A stretch of 35,907 nt of DNA, from assembly GCA_032119675.1 (NCBI GenBank), contig JAUMBN010000062.1, forward strand, positions 1-35,907, given 5' to 3'. This document shows positions 33,823-35,907 of this stretch, piece by piece (the stretch's first letter is position 1; each line of letters starts with the position of its first letter). Position numbers and translations under genes: made by a program. The DNA is from Solirubrobacteraceae bacterium (GTDB taxonomy: Bacteria; Actinomycetota; Thermoleophilia; Solirubrobacterales; Solirubrobacteraceae). Below the pieces are notes generated by a model, which saw nothing but the letters and a program-made list of their open reading frames with translations, did not search any database and was not told the DNA's origin.

Positions 33823-34680
33823 TCAGGCCGGCCGGAAGCGGATCGTCTCGCCCGGCCGGGCCTGGGCGACCTTCGGGAGGTCTTCCCCGACGACAACGGC
33901 GATGACCGGGTAGCCGCCGGTCGTCGGGTGGTCGGCGAGCAGGACCATCGGCAGTCCCGAGTTGCGCACCTGTATCGCCCCCTCGACCATTCCCTCCGAG
34001 CGCAGTTCGCCTTCGCGCTCACGGGGGATTGGCGTCCCGTCGAGCCGGGTGCCCGAGCGGTTCGACTCGGGGGAGACCGTCCAGGGCTCGCCGGCCAGCA
34101 GCTCGAGGGCCCGGGGGCCGAACCAGTCGGCCCGCGGGCCGGGCGTGACCCGCACGACGGCACCGCTCCCCGGCGGCGCCACCGGTGCCAAGGAGATCGC
34201 CGGCCGCGGCCCCGCCGGCTCGCCGATCGCCAGCCGGTCACCCCCGGCCAGCGGCTCGGGGCCGAGTGCGCTGAGCGTGTCTCGCGAGCGGCTGCCCAGG
34301 ACCGCCTCGGCCTCGATCCCGCCGCGCACGGCGATGTAGGGCCTCAGGCCTGCCGTTGCCGTGCCCACTTCGAGCACCGCGCCCGGCGGGAGGTCGATCG
34401 CCGCGTTCGCCTCGAATTCCTCGCCGTCGACGGTCACCGGCGCCCCGGCGCCCGTGACGGCCACGACCGCGGCCTGCTCAAACCGCAGCGCCGGCCCGGC
34501 CAGGGTGCACTCGAGGCCGGCAGCTCCCTCGTCGTTGCCGACCAGCCGATTGGCGAGCTTCAGCGACTCGCGGTCGACCGCGCCGGCCCGCGGCACGCCG
34601 AGGTGGGCGTGGCCGGGGCGCCCGAGGTCCTGGACCGTCGTCAGCGGCCCCGGCCGGACCACCTCCACCTGGGCGCTCAT
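33823..34680 (-). CDS. pxpC: 5-oxoprolinase subunit C (biotin-dependent carboxyltransferase family / allophanate hydrolase subunit 2-like)
   Basis: 285 aa. VVRPGPLTTVQDLGRPGHAHLGVPRAGAVD...TGGYPVIAVV. The stop abuts the tRNA-Ser 3' end. Confidence 0.88.
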   Translation of the reverse strand: MSAQVEVVRPGPLTTVQDLGRPGHAHLGVPRAGAVDRESLKLANRLVGNDEGAAGLECTLAGPALRFEQAAVVAVTGAGAPVTVDGEEFEANAAIDLPPGAVLEVGTATAGLRPYIAVRGGIEAEAVLGSRSRDTLSALGPEPLAGGDRLAIGEPAGPRPAISLAPVAPPGSGAVVRVTPGPRADWFGPRALELLAGEPWTVSPESNRSGTRLDGTPIPREREGELRSEGMVEGAIQVRNSGLPMVLLADHPTTGGYPVIAVVVGEDLPKVAQARPGETIRFRPA

Positions 34681-35291
34681 GCCGGCACCAGCCGCACCGC
34701 GGCGCCGGCGACCAGCAGGGCCGGGCGCTCCTGCGAAGGGTCGAAGAGGCGCGCCTCACAGCTCCCCACCAGGTTCCAGCCGCCGGGCGACTGGCGCGGG
34801 TAGACGGCCGAGTAGGGACCGGCGATGGCCAGCGCCCCGGCCGGTACCCGGGTGCGCGGCTCGTCGCGCCGGGGCGGGGTAAGCGCCGGGTCGCCGCCGG
34901 TGAGGTAGGCGAACCCCGGAGAGAAGCCCAGGAAGGCGACCCGGTAGTCGGCGGCGCTGTGGCGCTCGACGAACTCCCCGACGCTCACCTCGCAGGCGTC
35001 GGCCACCTCCCCGAGGTCGGGGCCGTCGTAGGCGACCGGGAGCTCGACCATGGCGCCGGCCGGGGCGCCGTACCCCTCCCCGGCCCGGCCGACGAGCCTC
35101 TCGACCGTGGCCACCGGAGGCGCCTCCTCCCGCCAGACCAGGAGCAGCGTCCGGTCGCCCGGGACGATCTCCTCGAGCGTGGAGCCCCGGAGTGGCTCCA
35201 GCGCTGCCGCCAGCGCGTGGACGGCGGCGTTGTCCCCCAGCTCCACGAGCGCGCCACGCTCGCCGGCCGGCCTTACTTCCACGGCGCTCAC
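34677..35291 (-). CDS. pxpB: 5-oxoprolinase subunit B (KipI / allophanate hydrolase subunit 1-like)
   Basis: 204 aa. VRPAGERGALVELGDN...YRVAFLGFSPGFAYL...GGWNLVG. It has 4-nt overlaps with both neighbours. Confidence 0.88.
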   Translation of the reverse strand: MSAVEVRPAGERGALVELGDNAAVHALAAALEPLRGSTLEEIVPGDRTLLLVWREEAPPVATVERLVGRAGEGYGAPAGAMVELPVAYDGPDLGEVADACEVSVGEFVERHSAADYRVAFLGFSPGFAYLTGGDPALTPPRRDEPRTRVPAGALAIAGPYSAVYPRQSPGGWNLVGSCEARLFDPSQERPALLVAGAAVRLVPA

Positions 35292-35907
35292 GCGAAGGGT
35301 CCCACGGCCAGGCCCTCGCCCTCGAGCGCGGCGCGCACCGCCCGCGCGAGCTCGACGGCGTCGGGCGTGTCGCCATGGACGCAGATCGACTCGGCGGTGA
35401 CCGGCACCTCCTCGCCGTCGGCGCTGACCACGCGTCCCTCCCTCGCGAGGAGGAGCGCCTGCTCGATCGCGGCGCCGGCGTCGAGCACGCTGCCGTGCTC
35501 CTCTCGGGGAACCAGGCGCCCGTTGCGGTCGTAGGCGCGGTCGGCGAAGCCCTCCGAGGCGGCGGCCAGCCCGAGCTCCCGGGCCTCGGTGGCGAGCATC
35601 GAGCCGGGCTGGGTGAGGATGGCCAGCGACGGGTCTACCGAGGCGACCAGTGCGGCGAGCGCTGCGGCCAGCTCGCGGTCGGTGGCGGTCCGGTGATAGA
35701 GCGCGCCGTGCGGCTTGACGTGGGTCACCGCCGCGCCCTCGGTGGCGGCCACCGACTCGAGGGCGGCGAGCTGGGCGCCGACCTGGTCGACCACCTGCTC
35801 TACCGGCAGGTCGAGCTCGATGCGGCCGAAGCCCGCGGAGTCCTCGTAGCCGGGGTGGGCGCCGACGCGGACCCCCAGCTCGGCCGCCCGGGCGCAGGCC
35901 CGCCGCA
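35288..35907 (-). CDS. pxpA: 5-oxoprolinase subunit A (LamB/YcsF family), N-terminus beyond the window end
   Basis: Track ORF 35288..35794. The same frame stays open and protein-like up to 35907 (…ELGVRVGAHPGYEDSAGFGRIELDLPVEQVVDQ…HVKPHGALYH…), which matches the LamB/YcsF core. Confidence 0.85.
   Translation of the reverse strand, partial: RRACARAAELGVRVGAHPGYEDSAGFGRIELDLPVEQVVDQVGAQLAALESVAATEGAAVTHVKPHGALYHRTATDRELAAALAALVASVDPSLAILTQPGSMLATEARELGLAAASEGFADRAYDRNGRLVPREEHGSVLDAGAAIEQALLLAREGRVVSADGEEVPVTAESICVHGDTPDAVELARAVRAALEGEGLAVGPFA

Overview
This is a high-GC window (roughly 70% G+C by eye) of densely packed chromosomal DNA that looks like a monoderm Actinomycetota-type genome. That taxonomic placement is inference only. 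I support about 37 protein genes, 3 tRNAs and 1 degenerate tRNA copy. I saw no CRISPR array, IS element, integrase or rRNA.

Housekeeping content:
- A translationally coupled minus-strand chain: sbtA-like, purK, purE, fabI, hypothetical, terC.
- tadA, a universal stress protein, a PFK with a PPi-type signature, and a FadE-like acyl-CoA dehydrogenase.
- ppdK, a putrescine-oxidase-like amine oxidase, agmatine deiminase and pxpABC.

Accessory content:
- Two secreted S8 proteases.
- An M14 carboxypeptidase with two PKD repeats.
- An Ntn penicillin/AHL-acylase family protein.
- A NodB-type deacetylase.
- An RsbW-like/GNAT fusion.

The most interesting locus is 17851-20508 on the minus strand. It holds a heliorhodopsin (7TM, retinal Lys and Glu counterion motifs intact) that appears leaderless. 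A 244-aa protein built of degenerate 13-aa repeats follows it after a 35-nt gap. That protein is translationally coupled by a GTGA overlap to an RDD-family membrane protein, and a DUF1330 protein lies 28 nt further downstream. Heliorhodopsin has no generally accepted function, so this is a candidate uncharacterised light-responsive module.

Other notable points:
- An intact tRNA-Arg(ACG) and a decayed full-length copy bracket a single carboxypeptidase gene that looks lower in GC.
- ppdK appears to start at a CTG overlapping the upstream stop codon.
- A TANNNT hexamer sits 6-7 nt before the start codon of eight transcription-unit heads, which suggests leaderless mRNAs.
- An SbtA-like putative bicarbonate permease is coupled to the bicarbonate-consuming PurK.

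All family calls come from motif recognition by eye. No database search was run.
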